A stretch of DNA of 64,000 nt from Eledone cirrhosa (Eukaryota). This document shows positions 38,601 to 53,100 of the stretch, one piece after another (position 1 is the first letter of the stretch; the number at the start of each line of letters is the position of its first letter). Location: NCBI GenBank assembly GCA_964016885.1, contig OZ024743.1, forward strand, positions 211,916,001 through 211,980,000, in the 5' to 3' direction. A model generated the notes under the pieces. It was not told where the DNA came from. It saw only the letters and a program-made list of their open reading frames with translations, and searched no databases. The position numbers were made by a program, and so were the translations under genes.

Positions 38601-41600
38601 ATCCCACCACGAGTTCAATGTAAACAAACTTACGCTCAACGACTTTGTTGACGTTTAACACGGTTTGGTTCCACAGCCACAACTATTGATTTTACGGAGA
38701 TATCTTGCTGAAATTCACGCCACACATAGCCAATGAGTGTCTGCACATGTACCAGTAATTACAGATCGATCCGACCACGGACGGCCGGCCCGCGATTGAA
38801 AAGGTAACTCCGCCGGCAAATCGTCATTTTTGGATTCGTTTTCTTCGAAGCACACCATTCGCCGGCGGACTTTGTTGACGTTTAACACGGTTTGGTTCCA
38901 CAGCCACAACTATTGATTTTAAGGAGATATCTTGCTGAAATTCACGCCACACATAGCCAATGAGTGTCTGCACATGTACCAGTAATTACAGATGGATCCC
39001 ACCACGGGCGGCCGGCCCACAATCGAAACGGTTACTCCGCCTGCAAATCGTCATTTTCGGATTCGTTTTCTTCGAAGCACACCATTTGCCGGCGGACTTC
39101 AGCTGCCTCATTTAGCATGAGCAGTTTTTCTTGAAGATCACACCACACACAGCCAATGAGTGTCTGCACATGTACCAGTAATTACAGATGGATCCCACCA
39201 CGGGCGGCCGGCCCACAATCGAAAAGGTTACTCCGCCTGCAAATCGTCATTTTCGGATTCGTTTTCTTCGAAGCACACCATTCGCCGGCGGACTTCAGCT
39301 GCCTCATTTAGCATGGGCAGTTTTTCTTGAAGATCACACCACACACACCCAATGAGTGTCTGCACATGTACCAGTAATTAGAGATCGATCCGACCACGGG
39401 CGGCCGGCCCACGATCGAGAAAAAGGTAACTCCGCCGGCAAATCGTCATTTTTGTGATCCGTTTTCTTCGAAGCACACCATTCGCCGCCGGACTTCAGCT
39501 GCCTCATTTAGCATGGGCAGTTTTTTTTGAAAATCACACCACACACAACCAATGTGTGTCTGCACATGTACCAGTAATTACAGATCGATCCGACCACGGG
39601 CGGCCGGCCCGCGATTGAAAAGGTAACTCCGCCGGCAAATCGTCATTTTTGTGATTCGTTTTCTTCGAAGCACACCATTCGCCGCCGGACTTCAGCTGCC
39701 TCATTTAGCATGGGCAGTTTTTTTTGAAAATCACACCACACACAACCAATGTGTGTCTGCACATGTACCAGTAATTACAGATCGATCCCACCACGAGTTC
39801 AATGTAAACAAACTTACGCTCAACGACTTTGTTGACGTTTAACACGGTTTGGTTCCACAGCCACAACTATTGATTTTACGGAGATATCTTGCTGAAATTC
39901 ACGCCACACATAGCCAATGAGAGTCTGCACATGTACCAGTAATTACAGATCGATCCGACCAGGGGCGGCCGGCCCGCGATTGAAAAGGTAACTCCGCCGG
40001 CAAATCGTCATTTTTGGATTCGTTTTCTTCGAAGCACACCATTCGCCGGCGGACTTTGTTGACGTTTAACACGGTTTGGTTCCACAGCCACAACTATTGA
40101 TTTTACGGAGATATCTTGCTGAAATTCACGCCACACATAGCCAATGAGTGTCTGCACATGTAGCAGTAATTACAGATCGATCCGACCACGGATGGCCGGC
40201 CCGCGATTGAAAAGGTAACTCCGCCGGCAAATCGTCATTTTTGGATTCGTTTTCTTCGAAGCACACCATTCGCCGGCGGACTTTGTTGACGTTTAACACG
40301 GTTTGGTTCCACAGCCACAGCTATTGATTTTAAGGAGATATCTTGCTGAAATTCACGCCACACATAGCCAATGAGTGTCTGCACAAGTACTAGTAATTAC
40401 AGATGGATCCCACCACGGGCGGCCGGCCCACAATCGAAAAGGTTACTCCGCCTGCAAATCGTCATTTTCGGATTCGTTTTCTTCGAAGCACACCATTCGC
40501 CGGCGGACTTCAGCTGCCTCATTTAGCATGGGCAGTTTTTCTTGAAGATCACACCACACACAGCCAATGAGTGTCTGCACATGTACCAGTAATTAGAGAT
40601 CGATCCGACCACGGGCGGCCGGCCCACGATCGAGAAAAAGGTAACTCCGCCGGCAAATCGTCATTTTTGTGATCCGTTTTCTTCGAAGCACACCATTCGC
40701 CGCCGGACTTCAGCTGCCTCATTTAGCATGGGCAGTTTTTTTTGAAAATCACACCACACACAACCAATGTGTGTCTGCACATGTACCAGTAATTACAGAT
40801 CGATCCCACCACGGGCGGCCGGCCCACAATCGAAAAGGTTACTCCGCCTGCAAATCGTCATTTTCGGATTCGTTTTCTTCGAAGCACACCATTCGCCGGC
40901 GGACTTCAGCTGCCTCATTTAGCATGAGCAGTTTTTCTTGAAGATCACACCACACACAGCCAATGAGTCTCTGCAAATGTACCAGTAATTACAGATGGAT
41001 CCCACCACGGGCGGCCGGCCCACAATCGAACAGGTTACTCCGCCTGCAAATCGTCATTTTCGGATTCGTTTTCTTCGAAGCACACCATTCGCCGGCGGAC
41101 TTCAGCTGCCTCATTTACCATGAGCAGTTTTTCTTGAAGATCACACCTCACACAGCCAATGAGTGTCTGCACATGTACCAGTAATTACAGATGGATCCCA
41201 CCACGGGCGGCCGGCCCACAATCGAAAAGGTTACTCCGCCTGCAAATCGTCATTTTCGGATTCGTTTTCTTCGAAGCACACCATTCGCCGGCGGACTTCA
41301 GCTGCCTCATTTAGCATGGGCAGTTTTTCTTGAAGATCACACCACACACAGCCAATGAGTGTCTGCACATGTACCAGTAACTACAGATGGATCCCACCAC
41401 GGGCGGCCGGCCCACAATCGAAAAGGTTACTTCGCCTGCAAATCGTCATTTTCGGATTCGTTTTCTTCGAAGCACACCATTCGCCGGCGGACTTCAGCTG
41501 CCTCATTTAGCATGGGCAGTTTTTCTTGAAGATCACACCACACACAGCCAATGAGTGTCTGCACATGTACCAGTAATTAGAGATCGATCCGACCACGGGC

Positions 41601-44600
41601 GGCCGGCCCACGATCGAGAAAATGGTAACTCCGCCGGCAAATCGTCATTTTTGTGATCCGTTTTCTTCGAAGCACACCATTCGCCGCCGGACTTCAGCTG
41701 CCTCATTTAGCATGGGCAGTTTTTTTTGAAAATCACACCACACACAACCAATGTGTGTCTGCACATGTACCAGTAATTACAGATCGATCCCACCACGGGC
41801 GGCCGGCCCACAATCGAAAAGGTTACTCCGCCTGCAAATCGTCATTTTCGGATTCGTTTTCTTCGAAGCACACCATTCGCCGGCGGACTTCAGCTGCCTC
41901 ATTTAGCATGAGCAGTTTTTCTTGAAGATCACACCACACACAGCCAATGAGTCTCTGCAAATGTACCAGTAATTACAGATGGATCCCACCACGGGCGGCC
42001 GGCCCACAATCGAAAAGGTTACTCCGCCTGCAAATCGTCATTTTCGGATTCGTTTTCTTCGAAGCACACCATTCGCCGGCGGACTTGAGCTGCCTCATTT
42101 AGCATGGGCAGTTTTTCTTGAAGATCACACCACACACACCCAATGAGTGTCTGCACATGTACCAGTAATTAGAGATCGATCCGACCATGGGCGGCCGGCC
42201 CACGATCGAGAAAAAGGTAACTCCGCCGGCAAATCGTCATTTTTGTGATCCGTTTTCTTCGAAGCACACCATTCGCCGCCGGACTTCAGCTGCCTCATTT
42301 AGCATGGGCAGTTTTTTTTGAAAATCACACCACACACAACCAATGTGTGTCTGCACATGTACCAGTAATTACAGATCGATCCGACCACGGGCGGCCGGCC
42401 CGCGATTGAAAAGGTAACTCCGCCGGCAAATCGTCATTTTTGTGATTCGTTTTCTTCGAAGCACACCATTCGCCGCCGGACTTCAGCTGCCTCATTTAGC
42501 ATGGGCAGTTTTTTTTGAAAATCACACCACACACAACCAATGTGTGTCTGCACATGTACCAGTAATTACAGATCGATCCCACCACGAGTTCAATGTAAAC
42601 AAACTTACGCTCAACGACTTTGTTGACGTTTAACACGGTTTGGTTCCACAGCCACAACTATTGATTTTACGGAGATATCTTGCTGAAATTCACGCCACAC
42701 ATAGCCAATGAGTGTCTGCACATGTACCAGTAATTACAGATCGATCCGACCACGGACGGCCGGCCCGCGATTGAAAAGGTAACTCCGCCTGCAAATCGTC
42801 ATTTTTGGATTCGTTTTCTTCGAAGCACACCATTCGCCGGCGGACTTTGTTGACGTTTAACACGGTTTGGTTCCACAGCCACAACTATTGATTTTAAGGA
42901 GATATCTTGCTGAAATTCACGCCACACATAGCCAATGAGTGTCTGCACATGTAGCAGTAATTACAGATCGATCCGACCACGGATGGCCGGCCCGCGATTG
43001 AAAAGGTAACTCCGCCGGCAAATCGTCATTTTTGGATTCGTTTTCTTCGAAGCACACCATTCGCCGGCGGACTTTGTTGACGTTTAACACGGTTTGGTTC
43101 CACAGCCACAGCTATTGATTTTAAGGAGATATCTTGCTGAAATTCACGCCACACATAGCCAATGAGTGTCTGCACAAGTACTAGTAATTACAGATGGATC
43201 CCACCACGGGCGGCCGGCCCACAATCGAAAAGGTTACTCCGCCTGCAAATCGTCATTTTCGGATTCGTTTTCTTCGAAGCACACCATTCGCCGGCGGACT
43301 TCAGCTGCCTCATTTAGCATGGGCAGTTTTTCTTGAAGATCACACCACACACAGCCAATGAGTGTCTGCACATGTACCAGTAATTAGAGATCGATCCGAC
43401 CACGGGCGGCCGGCCCACGATCGAGAAAAAGGTAACTCCGCCGGCAAATCGTCATTTTTGTGATCCGTTTTCTTCGAAGCACACCATTCGCCGCCGGACT
43501 TCAGCTGCCTCATTTAGCATGGGCAGTTTTTTTTGAAAATCACACCACACACAACCAATGTGTGTCTGCACATGTACCAGTAATTACAGATCGATCCGAC
43601 CACGGGCGGCCGGCCCGCGATTGAAAAGGTAACTCCGCCGGCAAATCGTCATTTTTGTGATTCGTTTTCTTCGAAGCACACCATTCGCCGCCGGACTTCA
43701 GCTGCCTCATTTAGCATGGGCAGTTTTTTTTGAAAATCACACCACACACAACCAATGTGTGTCTGCACATGTACCAGTAATTACAGATCGATCCCACTAC
43801 GAGTTCAATGTAAACTAACTTACGCTCAACGACTTTGTTGACGTTTAACACGGTTTGGTTCCACAGCCACAACTATTGATTTTAAGGAGATATCTTGCTG
43901 AAATTCACGCCACACATAGCCAATGAGTGTCTGCACATGTACCAGTAATTACAGATGGATCCCACCACGGGCGGCCGGCCCACAATCGAAAAGGTTACTC
44001 CGCCTGCAAATCGTCATTTTCGGATTCGTTTTCTTCGAAGCACACCATTCGCCGGCGGACTTCAGCTGCCTCATTTAGCATGAGCAGTTTTTCTTGAAGA
44101 TCACACCTCACACAGCCAATGAGTGTCTGCACATGTACCAGTAATTAGAGATCGATCCGACCACGGGCGGCCGGCCCACGATCGAGAAAAAGGTAACTCC
44201 GCCGGCAAATCGTCATTTTTGTGATCCGTTTTCTTCGAAGCACACCATTCGCCGCCGGACTTCAGCTGCCTCATTTAGCATGGGCAGTTTTTTTTGAAAA
44301 TCACACCACACACAACCAATGTGTGTCTGCACATGTACCAGTAATTACAGATCGATCCCACCACGGGCGGCCGGCCCACAATCGAAAAGGTTACTCCGCC
44401 TGCAAATCGTCATTTTCGGATTCGTTTTCTTCGAAGCACACCATTCGCCGGCGGACTTCAGCTGCCTCATTTAGCATGAGCAGTTTTTCTTGAAGATCAT
44501 ACCACACACAGCCAATGAGTGTCTGCACATGTACCAGTAATTACAGATGGATCCCACCACGGGCGGCCGGCCCACAATCGAAAAGGTTACTCCGCCTGCA

Positions 44601-47104
44601 AATCGTCATTTTCGGATTCGTTTTCTTCGAAGCACACCATTCGCCGGCGGACTTCAGCTGCCTCATTTAGCATGAGCAGTTTTTCTTGAAGATCACACCA
44701 CACACAGCCAATGAGTGTCTGCACATGTACCAGTAATTACAGATGGATCCCACCACGGGCGGCCGGCCCACAATCGAAAAGGTTACTCCGCCTGCAAATC
44801 GTCATTTTCGGATTCGTTTTCTTCGAAGCACACCATTCGCCGGCGGACTTCAGCTGCCTCATTTAGCATGGGCAGTTTTTCTTGAAGATCACACCACACA
44901 CAGCCAATGAGTGTCTGCACATGTACCAGTAACTACAGATGGATCCCACCACGGGCGGCCGGCCCACAATCGAAAAGGTTACTCCGCCTGCAAATCGTCA
45001 TTTTCGGATTCGTTTTCTTCGAAGCACACCATTCGCCGGCGGACTTCAGCTGCCTCATTTAGCATGGGCAGTTTTTCTTGAAGATCACACCACACACAGC
45101 CAATGAGTGTCTGCACATGTACCAGTAATTAGAGATCGATCCGACCACGGGCGGCCGGCCCACGATCGAGAAAATGGTAACTCCGCCGGCAAATCGTCAT
45201 TTTTGTGATCCGTTTTCTTCGAAGCACACAATTCGCCGCCGGACTTCAGCTGCCTCATTTAGCATGGGCAGTTTTTTTTGAAAATCACACCACACACAAC
45301 CAATGTGTGTCTGCACATGTACCAGTAATTACAGATCGATCCCACCACGGGCGGCCGGCCCACAATCGAAAAGGTTACTCCGCCTGCAAATCGTCATTTT
45401 CGGATTCGTTTTCTTCGAAGCACACCATTCGCCGGCGGACTTCAGCTACCTCATTTAGCATGAGCAGTTTTTCTTGAAGATCACACCACACACAGCCAAT
45501 GAGTCTCTGCATATGTACCAGTAATTACAGATGGATCCCACCACGGGCGGCCGGCCCACAATCGAAAAGGTTACTCCGCCTGCAAATCGTCATTTTCGGA
45601 TTCGTTTTCTTCGAAGCACACCATTCGCCGGCGGACTTCAGCTGCCTCATTTAGCATGAGCAGTTTTTCTTGAAGATCACACCTCACACAGCCAATGTGT
45701 GTCTGCACATGTACCAGTAATTACAGATGGATCCCACCACGGGCGGCCGGCCCACAATCGAAAAGGTTACTCCGCCTGCAAATCGTCATTTTCGGATTCG
45801 TTTTCTTCGAAGCACACCATTCGCCGGCGGACTTCAGCTGCCTCATTTAGCATGGGCAGTTTTTCTTGAAGATCACACCACACACAGCCAATGAGTGTCT
45901 GCACATGTACCAGTAACTACAGATGGATCCCACCACGGGCGGCCGGCCCACAATCGAAAAGGTTACTTCGCCTGCAAATCGTCATTTTCGGATTCGTTTT
46001 CTTCGAAGCACACCATTCGCCGGCGGACTTCAGCTGCCTCATTTAGCATGGGCAGTTTTTCTTGAAGATCACACCACACACAGCCAATGAGTGTCTGCAC
46101 ATGTACCAGTAATTAGAGATCGATCCGACCACGGGCGGCCGGCCCACGATCGAGAAAATGGTAACTCCGCCGGCAAATCGTCATTTTTGTGATCCGTTTT
46201 CTTCGAAGCACACCATTCGCCGCCGGACTTCAGCTGCCTCATTTAGCATGGGCAGTTTTTTTTGAAAATCACACCACACACAACCAATGTGTGTCTGCAC
46301 ATGTACCAGTAATTACAGATCGATCCCACCACGGGCGGCCGGCCCACAATCGATAAGGTTACTCCGCCTGCAAATCGTCATTTTCGGATTCGTTTTCTTC
46401 GAAGCACACCATTCGCCGGCGGACTTCAGCTGCCTCATTTAGCATGAGCAGTTTTTCTTGAAGATCACACCACACACAGCCAATGAGTGTCTGCACATGT
46501 AGCAGTAATTACAGATCGATCCGACCACGGATGGCCGGCCCGCGATTGAAAAGGTAACTCCGCCGGCAAATCGTCATTTTTGGATTCGTTTTCTTCGAAG
46601 CACACCATTCGCCGGCGGACTTTGTTGACGTTTAACACGGTTTGGTTCCACAGCCACAGCTATTGATTTTAAGGAGATATCTTGCTGAAATTCACGCCAC
46701 ACATAGCCAATGAGTGTCTGCACAAGTACTAGTAATTACAGATGGATCCCACCACGGGCGGCCGGCCCACAATCGAAAAGGTTACTCCGCCTGCAAATCG
46801 TCATTTTCGGATTCGTTTTCTTCGAAGCACACCATTCGCCGGCGGACTTCAGCTGCCTCATTTAGCATGGGCAGTTTTTCTTGAAGATCACACCACACAC
46901 AGCCAATGAGTGTCTGCACATGTACCAGTAATTAGAGATCGATCCGACCACGGGCGGCCGGCCCACGATCGAGAAAAAGGTAACTCCGCCGGCAAATCGT
47001 CATTTTTGTGATCCGTTTTCTTCGAAGCACACCATTCGCCGCCGGACTTCAGCTGCCTCATTTAGCATGGGCAGTTTTTTTTGAAAATCACACCACACAC
47101 AACC

Positions 47105-50100
47105 AATGTGTGTCTGCACATGTACCAGTAATTACAGATCGATCCGACCACGGGCGGCCGGCCCGCGATTGAAAAGGTAACTCCGCCGGCAAATCGTCAT
47201 TTTTGTGATTCGTTTTCTTCGAAGCACACCATTCGCCGCCGGACTTCAGCTGCCTCATTTAGCATGGGCAGTTTTTTTTGAAAATCACACCACACACAAC
47301 CAATGTGTGTCTGCACATGTACCAGTAATTACAGATCGATCCCACCACGAGTTCAATGTAAACTAACTTACGCTCAACGACTTTGTTGACGTTTAACACG
47401 GTTTGGTTCCACAGCCACAACTATTGATTTTAAGGAGATATCTTGCTGAAATTCACGCCACACATAGCCAATGAGTGTCTGCACATGTACCAGTAATTAC
47501 AGATGGATCCCACCACGGGCGGCCGGCCCACAATCGAAAAGGTTACTCCGCCTGCAAATCGTCATTTTCGGATTCGTTTTCTTCGAAGCACACCATTCGC
47601 CGGCGGACTTCAGCTGCCTCATTTAGCATGAGCAGTTTTTCTTGAAGATCACACCTCACACAGCCAATGAGTGTCTGCACATGTACCAGTAATTAGAGAT
47701 CGATCCGACCACGGGCGGCCGGCCCACGATCGAGAAAAAGGTAACTCCGCCGGCAAATCGTCATTTTTGTGATCCGTTTTCTTCGAAGCACACCATTCGC
47801 CGCCGGACTTCAGCTGCCTCATTTAGCATGGGCAGTTTTTTTTGAAAATCACACCACACACAACCAATGTGTGTCTGCACATGTACCAGTAATTACAGAT
47901 CGATCCCACCACGGGCGGCCGGCCCACAATCGAAAAGGTTACTCCGCCTGCAAATCGTCATTTTCGGATTCGTTTTCTTCGAAGCACACCATTCGCCGGC
48001 GGACTTCAGCTGCCTCATTTAGCATGAGCAGTTTTTCTTGAAGATCATACCACACACAGCCAATGAGTGTCTGCACATGTACCAGTAATTACAGATGGAT
48101 CCCACCACGGGCGGCCGGCCCACAATCGAAAAGGTTACTCCGCCTGCAAATCGTCATTTTCGGATTCGTTTTCTTCGAAGCACACCATTCGCCGGCGGAC
48201 TTCAGCTGCCTCATTTAGCATGGGCAGTTTTTCTTGAAGATCACACCACACACAGCCAATGAGTGTCTGCACATGTACCAGTAACTACACATGGATCCCA
48301 CCACGGGCGGCCGGCCCACAATCGAAAAGGTTACTTCGCCTGCAAATCGTCATTTTCGGATTCGTTTTCTTCGAAGCACACCATTCGCCGGCGGACTTCA
48401 GCTGCCTCATTTAGCATGGGCAGTTTTTCTTGAAGATCACACCACACACAGCCAATGAGTGTCTGCACATGTACCAGTAATTAGAGATCGATCCGACCAC
48501 GGGCGGCCGGCCCACGATCGAGAAAATGGTAACTCCGCCGGCAAATCGTCATTTTTGTGATCCGTTTTCTTCGAAGCACACCATTCGCCGCCGGACTTCA
48601 GCTGCCTCATTTAGCATGGGCAGTTTTTTTTGAAAATCACACCACACACAACCAATGTGTGTCTGCACATGTACCAGTAATTACAGATCGATCCCACCAC
48701 GGGCGGCCGGCCCACAATCGAAAAGGTTACTCCGCCTGCAAATCGTCATTTTCGGATTCGTTTTCTTCGAAGCACACCATTCGCCGGCGGACTTCAGCTG
48801 CCTCATTTAGCATGAGCAGTTTTTCTTGAAGATCACACCACACACAGCCAATGAGTCTCTGCAAATGTACCAGTAATTACAGATGGATCCCACCACGGGC
48901 GGCCGGCCCACAATCGAAAAGGTTACTCCGCCTGCAAATCGTCATTTTCGGATTCGTTTTCTTCGAAGCACACCATTCGCCGGCGGACTTGAGCTGCCTC
49001 ATTTAGCATGGGCAGTTTTTCTTGAAGATCACACCACACACACCCAATGAGTGTCTGCACATGTACCAGTAATTAGAGATCGATCCGACCATGGGCGGCC
49101 GGCCCACGATCGAGAAAAAGGTAACTCCGCCGGCAAATCGCCATTTTTGTGATCCGTTTTCTTCGAAGCACACCATTCGCCGCCGGACTTCAGCTGCCTC
49201 ATTTAGCATGGGCAGTTTTTTTTGAAAATCACACCACACACAACCAATGTGTGTCTGCACATGTACCAGTAATTACAGATCGATCCGACCACGGGCGGCC
49301 GGCCCGCGATTGAAAAGGTAACTCCGCCGGCAAATCGTCATTTTTGTGATTCGTTTTCTTCGAAGCACACCATTCGCCGCCGGACTTCAGCTGCCTCATT
49401 TAGCATGGGCAGTTTTTTTTGAAAATCACACCACACACAACCAATGTGTGTCTGCACATGTACCAGTAATTACAGATCGATCCCACCACGAGTTCAATGT
49501 AAACTAACTTACGCTCAACGACTTTGTTGACGTTTAACACGGTTTGGTTCCACAGCCACAACTATTGATTTTACGGAGATATCTTGCTGAAATTCACGCC
49601 ACACATAGCCAATGAGTGTCTGCACATGTACCAGTAATTACAGATCGATCCGACCACGGACGGCCGGCCCGCGATTGAAAAGGTAACTCCGCCGGCAAAT
49701 CGTCATTTTTGGATTCGTTTTCTTCGAAGCACACCATTCGCCGGCGGACTTTGTTGACGTTTAACACGGTTTGGTTCCACAGCCACAACTATTGATTTTA
49801 AGGAGATATCTTGCTGAAATTCACGCCACACATAGCCAATGAGTGTCTGCACATGTACCAGTAATTACAGATGGATCCCACCACGGGCGGCCGGCCCACA
49901 ATCGAAACGGTTACTCCGCCTGCAAATCGTCATTTTCGGATTCGTTTTCTTCGAAGCACACCATTTGCCGGCGGACTTCAGCTGCCTCATTTAGCATGAG
50001 CAGTTTTTCTTGAAGATCACACCACACACAGCCAATGAGTGTCTGCACATGTACCAGTAATTACAGATGGATCCCACCACGGGCGGCCGGCCCACAATCG

Positions 50101-53100
50101 AAAAGGTTACTCCGCCTGCAAATCGTCATTTTCGGATTCGTTTTCTTCGAAGCACACCATTCGCCGGCGGACTTCAGCTGCCTCATTTAGCATGGGCAGT
50201 TTTTCTTGAAGATCACACCACACACACCCAATGAGTGTCTGCACATGTACCAGTAATTAGAGATCGATCCGACCACGGGCGGCCGGCCCACGATCGAGAG
50301 AAAGGTAACTCCGCCGGCAAATCGTCATTTTTGTGATCCGTTTTCTTCGAAGCACACCATTCGCCGCCGGACTTCAGCTGCCTCATTTAGCATGGGCAGT
50401 TTTTTTTGAAAATCACACCACACACAACCAATGTGTGTCTGCACATGTACCAGTAATTACAGATCGATCCGACCACGGGCGGCCGGCCCGCGATTGAAAA
50501 GGTAACTCCGCCGGCAAATCGTCATTTTTGTGATTCGTTTTCTTCGAAGCACACCATTCGCCGCCGGACTTCAGCTGCCTCATTTAGCATGGGCAGTTTT
50601 TTTTGAAAATCACACCACACACAACCAATGTGTGTCTGCACATGTACCAGTAATTACAGATCGATCCCACCACGAGTTCAATGTAAACTAACTTACGCTC
50701 AACGACTTTGTTGACGTTTAACACGGTTTGGTTCCACAGCCACAACTATTGATTTTAAGGAGATATCTTGCTGAAATTCACGCCACACATAGCCAATGAG
50801 TGTCTGCACATGTACCAGTAATTACAGATGGATCCCACCACGGGCGGCCGGCCCACAATCGAAAAGGTTACTCCGCCTGCAAATCGTCATTTTCGGATTC
50901 GTTTTCTTCGAAGCACACCATTCGCCGGCGGACTTCAGCTGCCTCATTTAGCATGAGCAGTTTTTCTTGAAGATCACACCACACACAGCCAATGAGTGTC
51001 TGCACATGTACCAGTAATTACAGATGGATCCCACCACGGGCGGCCGGCCCACAATCGAAAAGGTTACTCCGCCTGCAAATCGTCATTTTCGGATTCGTTT
51101 TCTTCGAAGCACACCATTCGCCGGCGGACTTCAGCTGCCTCATTTAGCATGGGCAGTTTTTCTTGAAGATCACACCACACACAGCCAATGAGTGTCTGCA
51201 CATGTACCAGTAATTAGAGATCGATCCGACCACGGGCGGCCGGCCCACGATCGAGAAAAAGGTAACTCCGCCGGCAAATCGTCATTTTTGTGATCCGTTT
51301 TCTTCGAAGCACACCATTCGCCGCCGGACTTCAGCTGCCTCATTTAGCATGGGCAGTTTTTTTTGAAAATCACACCACACACAACCAATGTGTGTCTGCA
51401 CATGTACCAGTAATTACAGATCGATCCGACCACGGGCGGCCGGCCCGCGATTGAAAAGGTAACTCCGCCGGCAAATCGTCATTTTTGTGATTCGTTTTCT
51501 TCGAAGCACACCATTCGCCGCCGGACTTCAGCTGCCTCATTTAGCATGGGCAGTTTTTTTTGAAAATCACACCACACACAACCAATGTGTGTCTGCACAT
51601 GTACCAGTAATTACAGATCGATCCCACCACGAGTTCAATGTAAACTAACTTACGCTCAACGACTTTGTTGACGTTTAACACGGTTTGGTTCCACAGCCAC
51701 AACTATTGATTTTAAGGAGATATCTTGCTGAAATTCACGCCACACATAGCCAATGAGTGTCTGCACATGTACCAGTAATTACAGATGGATCCCACCACGG
51801 GCGGCCGGCCCACAATCGAAAAGGTTACTCCGCCTGCAAATCGTCATTTTCGGATTCGTTTTCTTCGAAGCACACCATTCGCCGGCGGACTTCAGCTGCC
51901 TCATTTAGCATGAGCAGTTTTTCTTGAAGATCACACCACACACAGCCAATGAGTGTCTGCACATGTACCAGTAATTACAGATGGATCCCACCACGGGCGG
52001 CCGGCCCACAATCGAAAAGGTTACTCCGCCTGCAAATCGTCATTTTCGGATTCGTTTTCTTCGAAGCACACCATTCGCCGGCGGACTTCAGCTGCCTCAT
52101 TTAGCATGGGCAGTTTTTCTTGAAGATCACACCACACACAGCCAATGAGTGTCTGCACATGTACCAGTAACTACAGATGGATCCGACCACGGGCGGCCGG
52201 CCCACGATCGAGAAAATGGTAACTCCGCCGGCAAATCGTCATTTTTGTGATCCGTTTTCTTCGAAGCACACAATTCGCCGCCGGACTTCAGCTGCCTCAT
52301 TTAGCATGGGCAGTTTTTTTTGAAAATCACACCACACACAACCAATGTGTGTCTGCACATGTACCAGTAATTACAGATCGATCCCACCACGGGCGGCCGG
52401 CCCACAATCGAAAAGGTTACTCCGCCTGCAAATCGTCATTTTCGGATTCGTTTTCTTCGAAGCACACCATTCGCCGGCGGACTTCAGCTACCTCATTTAG
52501 CATGAGCAGTTTTTCTTGAAGATCACACCACACACAGCCAATGAGTCTCTGCAAATGTACCAGTAATTACAGATGGATCCCACCACGGGCGGCCGGCCCA
52601 CAATCGAAAAGGTTACTCCGCCTGCAAATCGTCATTTTCGGATTCGTTTTCTTCGAAGCACACCATTCGCCGGCGGACTTCAGCTGCCTCATTTAGCATG
52701 AGCAGTTTTTCTTGAAGATCACACCTCACACAGCCAATGTGTGTCTGCACATGTACCAGTAATTACAGATGGATCCCACCACGGGCGGCCGGCCCACAAT
52801 CGAAAAGGTTACTCCGCCTGCAAATCGTCATTTTCGGATTCGTTTTCTTCGAAGCACACCATTCGCCGGCGGACTTCAGCTGCCTCATTTAGCATGGGCA
52901 GTTTTTCTTGAAGATCACACCACACACAGCCAATGAGTGTCTGCACATGTACCAGTAACTACAGATGGATCCCACCACGGGCGGCCGGCCCACAATCGAA
53001 AAGGTTACTTCGCCTGCAAATCGTCATTTTCGGATTCGTTTTCTTCGAAGCACACCATTCGCCGGCGGACTTCAGCTGCCTCATTTAGCATGGGCAGTTT